In this document: positions 7,968 to 16,061 of the stretch, in pieces | Layout: every line of letters starts with the position of its first letter | Position numbering within the stretch: the stretch's first letter is position 1 | Source of the DNA: Vulcanimicrobiota bacterium | GTDB taxonomy: Bacteria > Vulcanimicrobiota > Vulcanimicrobiia > Vulcanimicrobiales > Vulcanimicrobiaceae | Length of the DNA stretch: 23,087 nucleotides | Direction of reading: 5' to 3' | NCBI GenBank assembly: GCA_003133025.1 | Contig: PKZK01000223.1 | Span: 1-23,087 of the forward strand | Position numbers and translations under genes: made by a program | The notes under the pieces: model-generated | The model's database searches: none | What the model was told of the DNA's origin: nothing | What the model saw: only the letters and a program-made list of their open reading frames with translations

Positions 7968-8863
7968 CCCGACGTCAGCTCACCACGCGCTTCGAGTCGC
8001 GCGAGCAGCAGGTGGTAATAGAGCAGTCCGCGCCACGGTCCGAGCGTCGTCAGGGCGGCCTCGACGTCCACTCCGATTCCCGGTGCGGCGAGCGCGAGAC
8101 TGCGCGCCGCACCGGAATCGTTTTGTGGAAACAGATCGAGACGGCCCAGACCCCGCAGCAGAATGACGGCCGCGGTCCACGGGCCGATGCCCTTGATCGA
8201 ACTCAACAATTCGATCGCGGCAGGCGTCGCGCGCTCTTCGAGCATCGCCTCGTCGAGCGAACCGTCGAGCAAGATGCCGGCGACGCGGCGCAACGTCGCA
8301 ACCTTGCCCGTACTCAGTCCGGCAGTCCGCAACGACGCAGCATCGGCCGCGAGGAGCGTTGCGGGCGAAGGGAAGGCGAAGAGCACCTCGCCGTCGCGTG
8401 CGAGCGGCGGACCGAGCGCCTCGATCGTGCGCCGCAAGATGGCGCCTGCGGCGTGAATGCTGACTTGCTGGAAGACGATCGCGTTGACGCAGGCTTCCCA
8501 CAATGCGGGGTAGCGCGGCGGCTTGACGCCGCGCATGCGTTCGGCGAGCGGGTAGAGCCATTTCAGCTTCCGTGCTTTCCCGTAGAAGCCCGCGATATCG
8601 CGGTCGACGCCGAGCATGCGTTGCGTCAACGCCAGCACGCGCGCGTCCTCGCCGGGCGGCGCCTCGATCTCGACCTCGATCTCGCCCTTTTCGGGCTGAT
8701 GCACGGCCACGAACGCCGGTCCGCCCGCGCATTCCAGCGCGCGAACGTAGCGGCCGCGCGCATCGGTGCGGTCGACGACGTTCGTCGAGAAACGGCGCAA
8801 GACCGCGACGGTCAAATCGAGCCGGTAGGGCGTCACGACCGCGACGCGCGCCAAGGTGGGCAT
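7964..8863 (-). CDS. alkA: DNA-3-methyladenine glycosylase II (AlkA family, HhH-GPD)
   Basis: WEACVNAIVFQQVS, FAFPSP, HhH IKGIGPWTA and FPQND motifs; start at MPTLARVAVVTPYRLD. Confidence 0.85.
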   Translation of the reverse strand: MPTLARVAVVTPYRLDLTVAVLRRFSTNVVDRTDARGRYVRALECAGGPAFVAVHQPEKGEIEVEIEAPPGEDARVLALTQRMLGVDRDIAGFYGKARKLKWLYPLAERMRGVKPPRYPALWEACVNAIVFQQVSIHAAGAILRRTIEALGPPLARDGEVLFAFPSPATLLAADAASLRTAGLSTGKVATLRRVAGILLDGSLDEAMLEERATPAAIELLSSIKGIGPWTAAVILLRGLGRLDLFPQNDSGAARSLALAAPGIGVDVEAALTTLGPWRGLLYYHLLLARLEARGELTSG

Positions 8864-9149
8864 ACGCGCGCATTGCGCCGCGCAACGGCACGCTCCTCGG
8901 ACGCCGCGAGGAAAGAGTCGCAGGCACGGTGCAAACGAACCCACGATGTCGCGCAACCGCATCGTGACGCGCGTCCGGCGCGAGTTGCACCGGCAGGTCG
9001 AGTCGGCACCGGCGCCGCGTTCGAGCATCTCAGCGCGTGCGCTTGGGTCGATACCTCCACGTGGGCGTCCGCACCGAGCTATCCCGCGGGAGAGCCCAAT
9101 CTGCTGGGGACCTACAGCAGCCGCGGGGTGAAACATTGCGCGGAGGCGA

Positions 9150-9176
9150 TGTCGAAATCGAGGTTGGCCGGACGTC
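9150..9176 (+). promoter_or_regulatory. Putative ECF42-type promoter (TGTCGA ... CGTC)
   Basis: TGTCGA 9150-9155 and CGTC 9173-9176 upstream of the YCII gene, matching the motif described for ECF42 sigma factors. Confidence 0.6.
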
Positions 9177-9229
9177 ATCAGGCGGGTGCTCTCGCAAGCG
9201 CCACCCTTCGACCCAGGAGACTCGACACT

Positions 9230-9592
9230 ATGGAATACGTGCTTTTGCTCCACGACGACGAGAAACGCTGGAGCGTCATGCCCGAAGAGCAGTTCCGGCG
9301 CGAGACGGGCGCCTATGCCGCCTACACGGACGCGCTGCGCGAAGCCGGCGCGCTCGTGAGCGGAAACCCGCTGCAGCCTACGGCCACCGCAACGATCGTC
9401 AGCATCGACGCCGACGGCAAGACGAACGTGCTCGACGGGCCCTATGCCGAGACCAAGGAGCAACTCGGCGGATACTACGTCATCGACGTCGCCGACTTGG
9501 ATGCGGCGATCGCGTGGGCCGCACGCTGCCCCTGCGCGGCCACCGGCACCGTCGAAATACGCCCCGTCGCCGACCTGACGATTCCGGCGTGA
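9230..9592 (+). CDS. YCII/YciI (DGPF) family protein (120 aa)
   Basis: DGPYAETKEQLGGYYVIDVADLDAAIAWAARCP...VEIRP; AGGAG SD upstream. Confidence 0.93.
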   Translation: MEYVLLLHDDEKRWSVMPEEQFRRETGAYAAYTDALREAGALVSGNPLQPTATATIVSIDADGKTNVLDGPYAETKEQLGGYYVIDVADLDAAIAWAARCPCAATGTVEIRPVADLTIPA

Positions 9593-10845
9593 TCTCGACG
9601 CGCGGCGCGCACGACGTCGCCGAGCGCGCCGCGCGCGAGCACTACGGAAAGCTGTTGGCCTACTTGGCCTCGCGCTGCGGCGACGTCCACGCCGCGGAGG
9701 ATGCGTTGGCCGATGCGTTCGCCGCGGCAATCGAGTGCTGGCCCGCGAGCGGCGTGCCGCGGGCGCCCGCGGCGTGGCTCTTGGTCGCGGCGCGCAACCG
9801 GCTCTTCGACGATTGTCGCAAACGGCAGCGCACCGAGCGCGTCCGCGAACGGCTGAGCGCAGCCGGACGTACGGCGGAGCGCGAACTCGAGCGCGACGGC
9901 GTCCTCGAGGACGAACGGCTCGCGATGCTCTTCACCTGCGCGCATCCGGCGATCGCCGCCGACGTGCGCGCGCCGCTGATGATGCAAGTCGTGCTCGGTC
10001 TCGACGCCGCGCGCATCGCTTCGGCATTTCTGATCCGCCCCGAAGCGATGAGCCAGCGGCTCGTGCGCGCGAAGCGAAAGATCGCGGACGCGGGCATTCC
10101 ACTGCGCGTGCCCGACGTCGCGGACATGCCGGCTCGCCTCGATGCGGTGCTGGCCGCCATCTACGCCGCCTTCGCCGACGCATGGCACGACCCGGCCGCT
10201 TCCGACCCGCGCACGCGCGGCCTCGCCGCGGAAACGCTCTGGCTCGGACGCATGGTCGTCGAAGCCTGTCCCGAAGAACCCGAGGCTATGGGACTGCTCG
10301 CGCTCATGCTTCACGCCGATGCGCGCAAAGACGCGCGGCGCGATGCCGCAGGCGCTTACGTGCCGCTCGACGAGCAGGACGTGGCGCGCTGGAACGCCGC
10401 CCAGATCGATGAAGCGGAGGCGCTGCTGCGCCGCGCGGCCGGCGCGCGGCGCATCGGCCGTTTCCAACTCGAGGCGGCGATTCAGTCGGCGCATACCGCG
10501 CGGCGGCGCCGGGGTTCGGCCGACTGGCGCGCGATCGTGGCGCTCTACGACGAGTTGCTGCGGGTTACGGCGTCGCCGGTCGTGGCGCTCAATCGCGCGG
10601 TCGCGATCGGGCGCGCCTTCGGACCGCCGCGCGGACTCGGCGCGCTGGCCGCCATCGCGGCGGACCCGCGTTTGGAGAATTACCAGCCCTACTGGGCCGC
10701 CCGCGCCGACCTCATGCTCCGCGCCGGAAAGGATCTCGAGGCGCGCACCGCCTTCGAACGCGCCCTGGGCCTCACGAACGACCCGGCGGTGCGCGCGTAC
10801 CTCGGCGCACGACTCGACGCCGTCGCGCGAGCGCGTGCGCTATGA
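9589..10845 (+). CDS. ECF sigma factor with C-terminal TPR-like extension (ECF42 type, 418 aa)
   Basis: AEDALADAF, PAAWLLVAARNR (sigma2), DERLAMLFTCAHP, IASAFL...MSQRLVRAKRKI (sigma4), GRFQLEAAI, SPVVALNRAVA; GTGA overlap with the YCII gene. Confidence 0.9.
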   Translation: MISTRGAHDVAERAAREHYGKLLAYLASRCGDVHAAEDALADAFAAAIECWPASGVPRAPAAWLLVAARNRLFDDCRKRQRTERVRERLSAAGRTAERELERDGVLEDERLAMLFTCAHPAIAADVRAPLMMQVVLGLDAARIASAFLIRPEAMSQRLVRAKRKIADAGIPLRVPDVADMPARLDAVLAAIYAAFADAWHDPAASDPRTRGLAAETLWLGRMVVEACPEEPEAMGLLALMLHADARKDARRDAAGAYVPLDEQDVARWNAAQIDEAEALLRRAAGARRIGRFQLEAAIQSAHTARRRRGSADWRAIVALYDELLRVTASPVVALNRAVAIGRAFGPPRGLGALAAIAADPRLENYQPYWAARADLMLRAGKDLEARTAFERALGLTNDPAVRAYLGARLDAVARARAL

Positions 10846-11645
10846 ACGCGATGCTCGACGTGTACCGTCAGTATTGGCGGATCAACATCCTGACGATGGT
10901 CGAGTACCGGACCAACTTCTTCATGTGGGCCGGCTTCACGCTGATCTACCATGCGACGGCCATCGCCGCGCTGTGGGTGACCTTGACCCAATTTCCGTCG
11001 ATGAACGGCTGGGACTTCAAACAGATGGCCGTGCTCTACGGACTGTGGATGCTCGGACACGGCTTCCACAACACGTTCTTCATCACGGTCGGCGACGTGC
11101 CGCTGATGATCCGCGAAGGCCGTTTCGACCGCTTTCTCGTTCGGCCGCTCGACCCGCTGTTCCAAGCACTGACCATGCCGCAGCAAATTTGGCCCGACGA
11201 ATTGGTGCTGGCCATCGTCTTCTTCTGCATCGCCGCTTCGTACGTGGGCTTGCATTTCAGCGTGAGCCTCGTGGTGTTCGTGATCGGCGTGATGCTCGGC
11301 GGCGCGCTGATCGATTTCGGCATCCAACTCTCGATCGCCACGCTCGCCTTCTGGGTGGTGCGCATCGACGCGCTACGCTGGGTCGCGATGTCGCTGGAAC
11401 AAGACTTCACGCGCTATCCGATCAGCATCTACACGCGCGGCGTGCGCTTGATCCTGGCCTTCGTGCTGCCCTTCGCGTTCATGAATTACTTTCCGGCGAC
11501 GTTTCTGTTGCACAAGACCGACGGCGCGCTCGAGTTGTCGCCGCAAGTCGGTCTGCTGACGCCGGTGGTGGGCTTGATCTGGGCCGGACTCGCCTACGCT
11601 TTTTGGCGGGTGGGCATCAACCGGTACCAGGGCACGGGCAGCTAA
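10842..11645 (+). CDS. ABC-2 type permease (DUF990/ABC2_membrane_6-like)
   Basis: EYRTNFF, IREGRFDRFLVRPLDP, YPISIY, LPFAFMNYFPA and terminal YQGTGS; about six TM segments. Confidence 0.88.
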   Translation: MNAMLDVYRQYWRINILTMVEYRTNFFMWAGFTLIYHATAIAALWVTLTQFPSMNGWDFKQMAVLYGLWMLGHGFHNTFFITVGDVPLMIREGRFDRFLVRPLDPLFQALTMPQQIWPDELVLAIVFFCIAASYVGLHFSVSLVVFVIGVMLGGALIDFGIQLSIATLAFWVVRIDALRWVAMSLEQDFTRYPISIYTRGVRLILAFVLPFAFMNYFPATFLLHKTDGALELSPQVGLLTPVVGLIWAGLAYAFWRVGINRYQGTGS

Positions 11646-11648
11646 CTC

Positions 11649-13688
11649 CTACGGCGCGACCGGTTCGCTCTCCGTGGGCAGCGGTGCGAACAGCGCACCC
11701 GCCTCGTCGGGAGCCGGTTCCACGCCCGCCGGACGCAGGTGACGCACGAACCAGTGCGCGATCGCGCGCAGACGCAACACGCGATTGCGCGGCTTGCCCG
11801 TGCGCGAGAGGTTGTGTCCGTCGTCGGTGAAGCGCACGAACTCCACCGGCGCGTTGCGCAAGCGGCTGAGCAGCGTGAAGAGTTGCTCGCCCTGATCGAT
11901 CGGGCAGCGATAGTCGCGCTCGGAATGCTCGACCAGCAGCGGCACCGCGATCTTTTGCGCGGCGCGCATCGGCGACATCTCGAAGAGTTTCCGGCCGCCG
12001 TCGTCCCACGGCGCGCCGACTTCGTTTTCCAAGAACCAGCCGAGGTCGGCCGCGCCGACTTCGCTGACCAGATCGTTGACCGCGCGCATCGACACGCCGC
12101 AGGCGAAGCGCTCGCTGTGCCCGAGCAGCCAGGTGGTCATGAAGCCGCCGTACGAACCGCCCGCGAGCCCGACGCGCGCCGGATCGATCGTCGCGTTGGC
12201 CTGCGCGCCGTCGAGTAACGCGAGGACGTCGGCGGCGTCGAGGCCGCCCCAGTCGCCGGTGATCGCGTCGGCATAGGCGTGCCCGTAACTCTGACTGCCG
12301 CGCGGATTGCCGTAGGCTACGCCGATGCCGTGCGAGGCGAGCATGTGGAACTCGAAACAGAACGCGAAGCCATAGGCCGTGTGCGGACCCCCGTGCACTT
12401 GCAAAACCCAGGGCGCGCCGGCGGCGGGCTCGGGATCGAGCAAAAAGAGATCGAGCACCGTTCCGTCGGCGGCTGCGGGCCGCACGCGGCGCGGCGCGCG
12501 AACGATGCGCTCGGCGAGCCACGGATTGCAATCGGTCAGGCGCTCCTCGTTTCCGTACGGATCGAGCAACGCGATCTCGCTCGGCACCGTCGGGGTCGAA
12601 TAACCGAACGCGAGCGTGCCGTCGTCGGCGCGCGAGAACGCATAGATGTCGCGCTCGCCGCTCGCCGCAAGGCGATGTCCCGAGCCGTCGCGCGCGAATG
12701 CGGCGATGGCGCACGCGCCTTCGGAACACAGCGGAACGAAAAGTTCGCGGTCGCCGCCCGACCAGATCGGCGCCTGTTGACCGCCGACGCCCTTGATGTC
12801 GCAGATCACGTAGTCGGTGACGGGCCGGTCCACGCCGGCCGAGAGGGAACGCACGGCGCCTCCCGCGACGGGCACGATCAGCAACTCGTGGTTGTAGCGG
12901 CCGCCGACATCGCCGCCGCGTTCGTGTCCGATGAAGGCGATCTCGCTGCCGTCGTGCGAGAACGCGGGCAGTTGCATTGGGCCGGTCGATCCGGTGATGC
13001 GGCGCGGTTCGCCGCCCTCGCGAGCGACGACGAAGATGTCGCGTAAGAACGACTCTTCGGGCACGCCGATGGCCGCATCGAAGGCCAGCAGCGTTCCGTC
13101 GGGCGACCAGGCCGCGTGCAACGCATCGAAATCACCGAACGTCAAGCGGAGCGGTTCGGTGCCTGCGCCCGGTTCGCAGACGTAGAGATGCTTGCGCCGT
13201 CCGTCGAGCAGACCTTCGTCGTCGCTCTTGAAGGGCAGCGCGCGAATGTGCCGAGCGCGCGTGCGTTCGTCGACCGCGATGCGCGCCGTCTTCGCGTCGA
13301 GCGGCGCGACCGCGGAGTAGGCGAGAAAGCGGCCGTCGGGCGACCACGCGGGTGCGAGGATCGCATCGTACTCAGGCGTAACCGCCTCGGCCTCGCCGCC
13401 GTCGAGCGGCGCAACGAAGATGCGCCGGGTCGCGGGCGCGCCGCCTTCGCTCGTGCGAACGAACGCGAGGTGCGTGCCGGCAGGCGAAACGCGCGGACTC
13501 CGATCGAACGTACCCGAGGTGAAGCGTCGCGGCGCGCCGCCGGCGCGCGCGCTCCAGATCGACGTCCGCGTCCGGTCGCTTTTTTCGTGCGCCGTCGACA
13601 GCACGTAGAAGACGCGGCCGTCGGGAGCGCACGCCGGTTCTCCCGGCAACGCGAGGACGTAGAGGTCGGTTGGAACCAACGGCTTCAT
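11649..13688 (-). CDS. S9 family peptidase (acylaminoacyl/dipeptidyl aminopeptidase-like)
   Basis: WSPDG propeller repeats, HGGPH, GGSYGG nucleophile, DYRC Asp, GHNLSR His. Confidence 0.93.
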   Translation of the reverse strand: MKPLVPTDLYVLALPGEPACAPDGRVFYVLSTAHEKSDRTRTSIWSARAGGAPRRFTSGTFDRSPRVSPAGTHLAFVRTSEGGAPATRRIFVAPLDGGEAEAVTPEYDAILAPAWSPDGRFLAYSAVAPLDAKTARIAVDERTRARHIRALPFKSDDEGLLDGRRKHLYVCEPGAGTEPLRLTFGDFDALHAAWSPDGTLLAFDAAIGVPEESFLRDIFVVAREGGEPRRITGSTGPMQLPAFSHDGSEIAFIGHERGGDVGGRYNHELLIVPVAGGAVRSLSAGVDRPVTDYVICDIKGVGGQQAPIWSGGDRELFVPLCSEGACAIAAFARDGSGHRLAASGERDIYAFSRADDGTLAFGYSTPTVPSEIALLDPYGNEERLTDCNPWLAERIVRAPRRVRPAAADGTVLDLFLLDPEPAAGAPWVLQVHGGPHTAYGFAFCFEFHMLASHGIGVAYGNPRGSQSYGHAYADAITGDWGGLDAADVLALLDGAQANATIDPARVGLAGGSYGGFMTTWLLGHSERFACGVSMRAVNDLVSEVGAADLGWFLENEVGAPWDDGGRKLFEMSPMRAAQKIAVPLLVEHSERDYRCPIDQGEQLFTLLSRLRNAPVEFVRFTDDGHNLSRTGKPRNRVLRLRAIAHWFVRHLRPAGVEPAPDEAGALFAPLPTESEPVAP

Positions 13689-13741
13689 TCTCGGCGCTTG
13701 CCGCGAGGATTCACCGAATCCTCGTCCGTACGAAGCCCCGT

Positions 13742-14605
13742 GTGAATCGAGGCGCGTTTATCGGGTCGGCCCTGGCCGCGGCAGTACCGATACCGGCCGG
13801 CGCGGCCGATCTGCGGTCCGAAGTGGTCAGCGCGGCGGAGTATTCGACGGGCGTGGTCGGCGCCTACGCGCGCAGCCTGGGTCACTCCGGTTCGTTCAGC
13901 TACAACGCCGACGAACGCTTCCCGTCGGCCTCGGTGATCAAGGTCCTGATCATGACCTGCGTCTTCGAGGCCTACGATCGCGACCCCGAACTGCTCGCGC
14001 ACAAGGTTAAGCTCGAGTTGTCCGACTTCGTGGGCGGTTCGGACATCCTGCAGAATTACAATCCGGGAGATCTCGTCTCGGTCTCGCTGCTCGTGCACGC
14101 GATGATCGAGCAGAGCGACAACACCGCATCGAATGCGTTGATCACGATGCTCGGCTTCGAGCGCATCGCCGCGACCGCCCGGCGCGCCGGTTTGCACCGC
14201 ACGCAACTGAAGCGGCACTTCATGGATTTCGCCGCCATCGTGCATCACAGCAACAATCTGACGACCGCGCACGACATGGGCTCGCTGCTGTATCAGATCG
14301 AGCGCGGCGCGCACGAAGGCGTGCCGACCGTAGCCTCACCGGCGTCGTGCCGCAAGATGATCGACATCATGCTGCACCAGGAAGACCGCGACAAGATCGT
14401 GCGCGGTCTGCCGCGGGGCGTGCCCGTTGCGAACAAGACGGGCGAGATCGACGGCGTGCGCAACGACGTCGCCATCGTCGATCCCTATGGCGAAGCGCCC
14501 TACGTGCTGGCGGTGCTCACCAAGGATCTCAACGACTTCTCCAACGGCGTCATCGCCATCCGGCGCATCGCCAAAGCCGTCGACGTCGCCTTCAGAACCG
14601 GCTGA
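13742..14605 (+). CDS. Class A beta-lactamase-like serine hydrolase (Beta-lactamase2 family)
   Basis: SVIK (SxxK), SDN and KTG motifs; GTG start with Tat-like leader MNRGAFIGSALAAAVPIPAGA. Beta-lactamase activity not established. Confidence 0.85.
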   Translation: MNRGAFIGSALAAAVPIPAGAADLRSEVVSAAEYSTGVVGAYARSLGHSGSFSYNADERFPSASVIKVLIMTCVFEAYDRDPELLAHKVKLELSDFVGGSDILQNYNPGDLVSVSLLVHAMIEQSDNTASNALITMLGFERIAATARRAGLHRTQLKRHFMDFAAIVHHSNNLTTAHDMGSLLYQIERGAHEGVPTVASPASCRKMIDIMLHQEDRDKIVRGLPRGVPVANKTGEIDGVRNDVAIVDPYGEAPYVLAVLTKDLNDFSNGVIAIRRIAKAVDVAFRTG

Positions 14606-14608
14606 ACG

Positions 14609-14634
14609 CGCCGGCGCTCAGGCCGGCGTTTCTT
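14609..14634 (+). terminator. Possible intrinsic terminator at the junction of convergent genes
   Basis: CGCCGGC-gctcag-GCCGGCG stem followed by TTTCTT, just after the hydrolase stop; overlaps the cyclophilin stop. Confidence 0.35.
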
Positions 14635-15112
14635 CGATCGTCACGGTTTCCATCACGTCGCCGCGACGGATCGCGTCGACGACGTCCTGGCCCGCGGTGG
14701 TCTGGCCGAAGACCGTGTACTGGCGGTCGAGAAAACGCGCGTCGCCCAAGCAGATGTAGAACTGCGAGCCGGCGGAGTTGGGATTCGACGACCGGGCCAT
14801 GGCGACGGTGCCCTTGACGTGCGGCAGTTCGTTGAATTCCTGATCCAGGTTGTAGCCGGGTCCGCCGGTGCCCGTGCCTTCCGGACAACCGCCCTGAATC
14901 ACGAAGCCGGGCTCGACCCGATGAAAGTTCAGACCGTCGTAAAATCCGGCGCGGGCCAGTTTGATGAATGCCGCGCTGTGTTGCCGCGCTTCGTGCGGGT
15001 AGAAGCGAAAAACGATATCGCCTTTGGCCGTGTGAATGCGGGCTTGCAGATGCTCGGCCTCGGTGGCCAAATCGTCGAGTTCTTTTCCGGTTGGCGGGAC
15101 GTTGGTCGGCAT
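14618..15112 (-). CDS. Cyclophilin-type peptidyl-prolyl cis-trans isomerase (164 aa from its own SD/ATG)
   Basis: FYDGLNFHRVEPGFVIQGG, GTGTGGPGY, GTVAMAR, SAGSQFYI, YTVFGQ; GGAGGA SD just before ATG 15112. Confidence 0.92.
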   Translation of the reverse strand: MPTNVPPTGKELDDLATEAEHLQARIHTAKGDIVFRFYPHEARQHSAAFIKLARAGFYDGLNFHRVEPGFVIQGGCPEGTGTGGPGYNLDQEFNELPHVKGTVAMARSSNPNSAGSQFYICLGDARFLDRQYTVFGQTTAGQDVVDAIRRGDVMETVTIEETPA

Positions 15113-15412
15113 CGATCCTCCGGGTACCAGGGAGACAACCTGCGGGGCGTTGACCAGCGCTCTCCCGAACACCTGGCCCGCCGCGAGCGCCGCCAGCTTC
15201 GCCGGGCGCGTCAAGGCCTTGAAGCGCGCTTCGTCCCGGAGCGCCGCACCGCGATCGGGTACGGCCCACCAGGCCGCCAAGGCAAAGGGCAAGCGCGAGC
15301 GCACGAAGCGGGAACCCTCGCCGCGACCGTGCGCGGCTAACCTCGCGGCGAGATCCACGGTCCAACCCGTATAGAGCGAGCCGTCCCGGCACACGAGCAC
15401 GTATACGGTCAT
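14618..15412 (-). CDS. GIY-YIG nuclease (UPF0213/YhbQ-like) in frame with the cyclophilin (264-aa fusion ORF)
   Basis: MTVYVLVCRDGSLYTGWTVDLAARLAAHGRGEGSRFVRSRLP...ALRDEARFKALTRPAK; no stop between ATG 15412 and the cyclophilin ATG 300 nt downstream. Confidence 0.75.
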   Translation of the reverse strand: MTVYVLVCRDGSLYTGWTVDLAARLAAHGRGEGSRFVRSRLPFALAAWWAVPDRGAALRDEARFKALTRPAKLAALAAGQVFGRALVNAPQVVSLVPGGSMPTNVPPTGKELDDLATEAEHLQARIHTAKGDIVFRFYPHEARQHSAAFIKLARAGFYDGLNFHRVEPGFVIQGGCPEGTGTGGPGYNLDQEFNELPHVKGTVAMARSSNPNSAGSQFYICLGDARFLDRQYTVFGQTTAGQDVVDAIRRGDVMETVTIEETPA

Positions 15413-15467
15413 TGCGGCAACAACGTTCGAGCGAACAGGCGAGGCCCTTCTCCCACGGAGTTTAGGC

Positions 15468-15493
15468 GTTTTGAGGTCGCGCGCGGCGGGAAT
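15468..15493 (+). promoter_or_regulatory. SigB/SigF-like stress promoter (GTTTTG-N14-GGGAAT)
   Basis: GTTTTG 15468-15473 and GGGAAT 15488-15493, 15 nt upstream of the anti-sigma ATG. Confidence 0.55.
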
Positions 15494-15508
15494 AAGCCCG
15501 GCAACATC

Positions 15509-15961
15509 ATGGCCACCTCCGAAGCGGTCTTGCACCTAGAAATTCCGCCGCACCCCCACCTGTCCCGGCTCGTCCGCGAACGCATCGGCGCCTTCGCGGC
15601 GGAGCAGGGCGTGGGCGGCGACGAATTGTCGGATTTCTTGACCGCCCTGGGTGAGGCCATCGCCAACGCGATCGAGCACGCCCGCTCGGACGCTCCGATC
15701 CGGATCGAATGCCGCCTCTCGACCGACAGCATCCAGGCCGTGGTCGAGGACAGCGGCGTGGGCTTTGCCCGGCCGCCCGAGTCCGGCCTTCCCGAACCGA
15801 CGGCCGAGCGCGGCCGCGGGCTACCCCTGATGCGCAGTTGTTCCGACATCTTCGCGGTCAACAGCGCCCCTGGGCGGGGCACGGCCGTGAAGGTGGGGCG
15901 CTTTCTGCGCCGGCCGGCGACCGCGTCGCAGCACCGCGCCAAGCGCCGGATCGGCGCCTAA
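15509..15961 (+). CDS. RsbW/SpoIIAB-like anti-sigma factor or Ser kinase (HATPase_c_2)
   Basis: EAIANAIEH (N box), VEDSGVGF (G1), ERGRGLPLM (G2), GRGTAV. Confidence 0.88.
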   Translation: MATSEAVLHLEIPPHPHLSRLVRERIGAFAAEQGVGGDELSDFLTALGEAIANAIEHARSDAPIRIECRLSTDSIQAVVEDSGVGFARPPESGLPEPTAERGRGLPLMRSCSDIFAVNSAPGRGTAVKVGRFLRRPATASQHRAKRRIGA

Positions 15962-15982
15962 GCACCTCGGGCGCCGTCGCCC

Positions 15983-16024
15983 GTGACAGCCGTCACCGGA
16001 GCGCATGGCCCGGCACGGCATGAT
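15983..16024 (+). promoter_or_regulatory. Putative class II CRP/FNR-family promoter for bchN (GTGA-N6-TCAC plus CATGAT)
   Basis: GTGACAGCCGTCAC at 15983-15996; CATGAT at 16019-16024 places the box centre at -41.5 relative to a start near 16031. Confidence 0.45.
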
Positions 16025-16061
16025 TGGGACACGGAAATTTCCGGCGTCCGGGGGCTAGGCG

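Noticed and set aside
8946..9131. 61-aa ORF MSRNRIVTRVRRELHRQVES... or a gene remnant in the alkA-YCII gap
   Set aside because: No well-placed SD and no recognisable motif; GC-rich third positions hold only for the first ~25 codons.
5950..14605. blaI-blaR1 plus the class A-like gene as a classical inducible beta-lactamase system
   Set aside because: The genes are about 7.4 kb apart, there is no operator palindrome before 13742, the M56 protein has no penicillin-binding domain, and the hydrolase appears to lack Glu166.
15113..15412. GIY-YIG as a homing endonuclease or mobile element
   Set aside because: Short UPF0213-type domain with no DNA-binding extension, intron or intein features, or flanking repeats.
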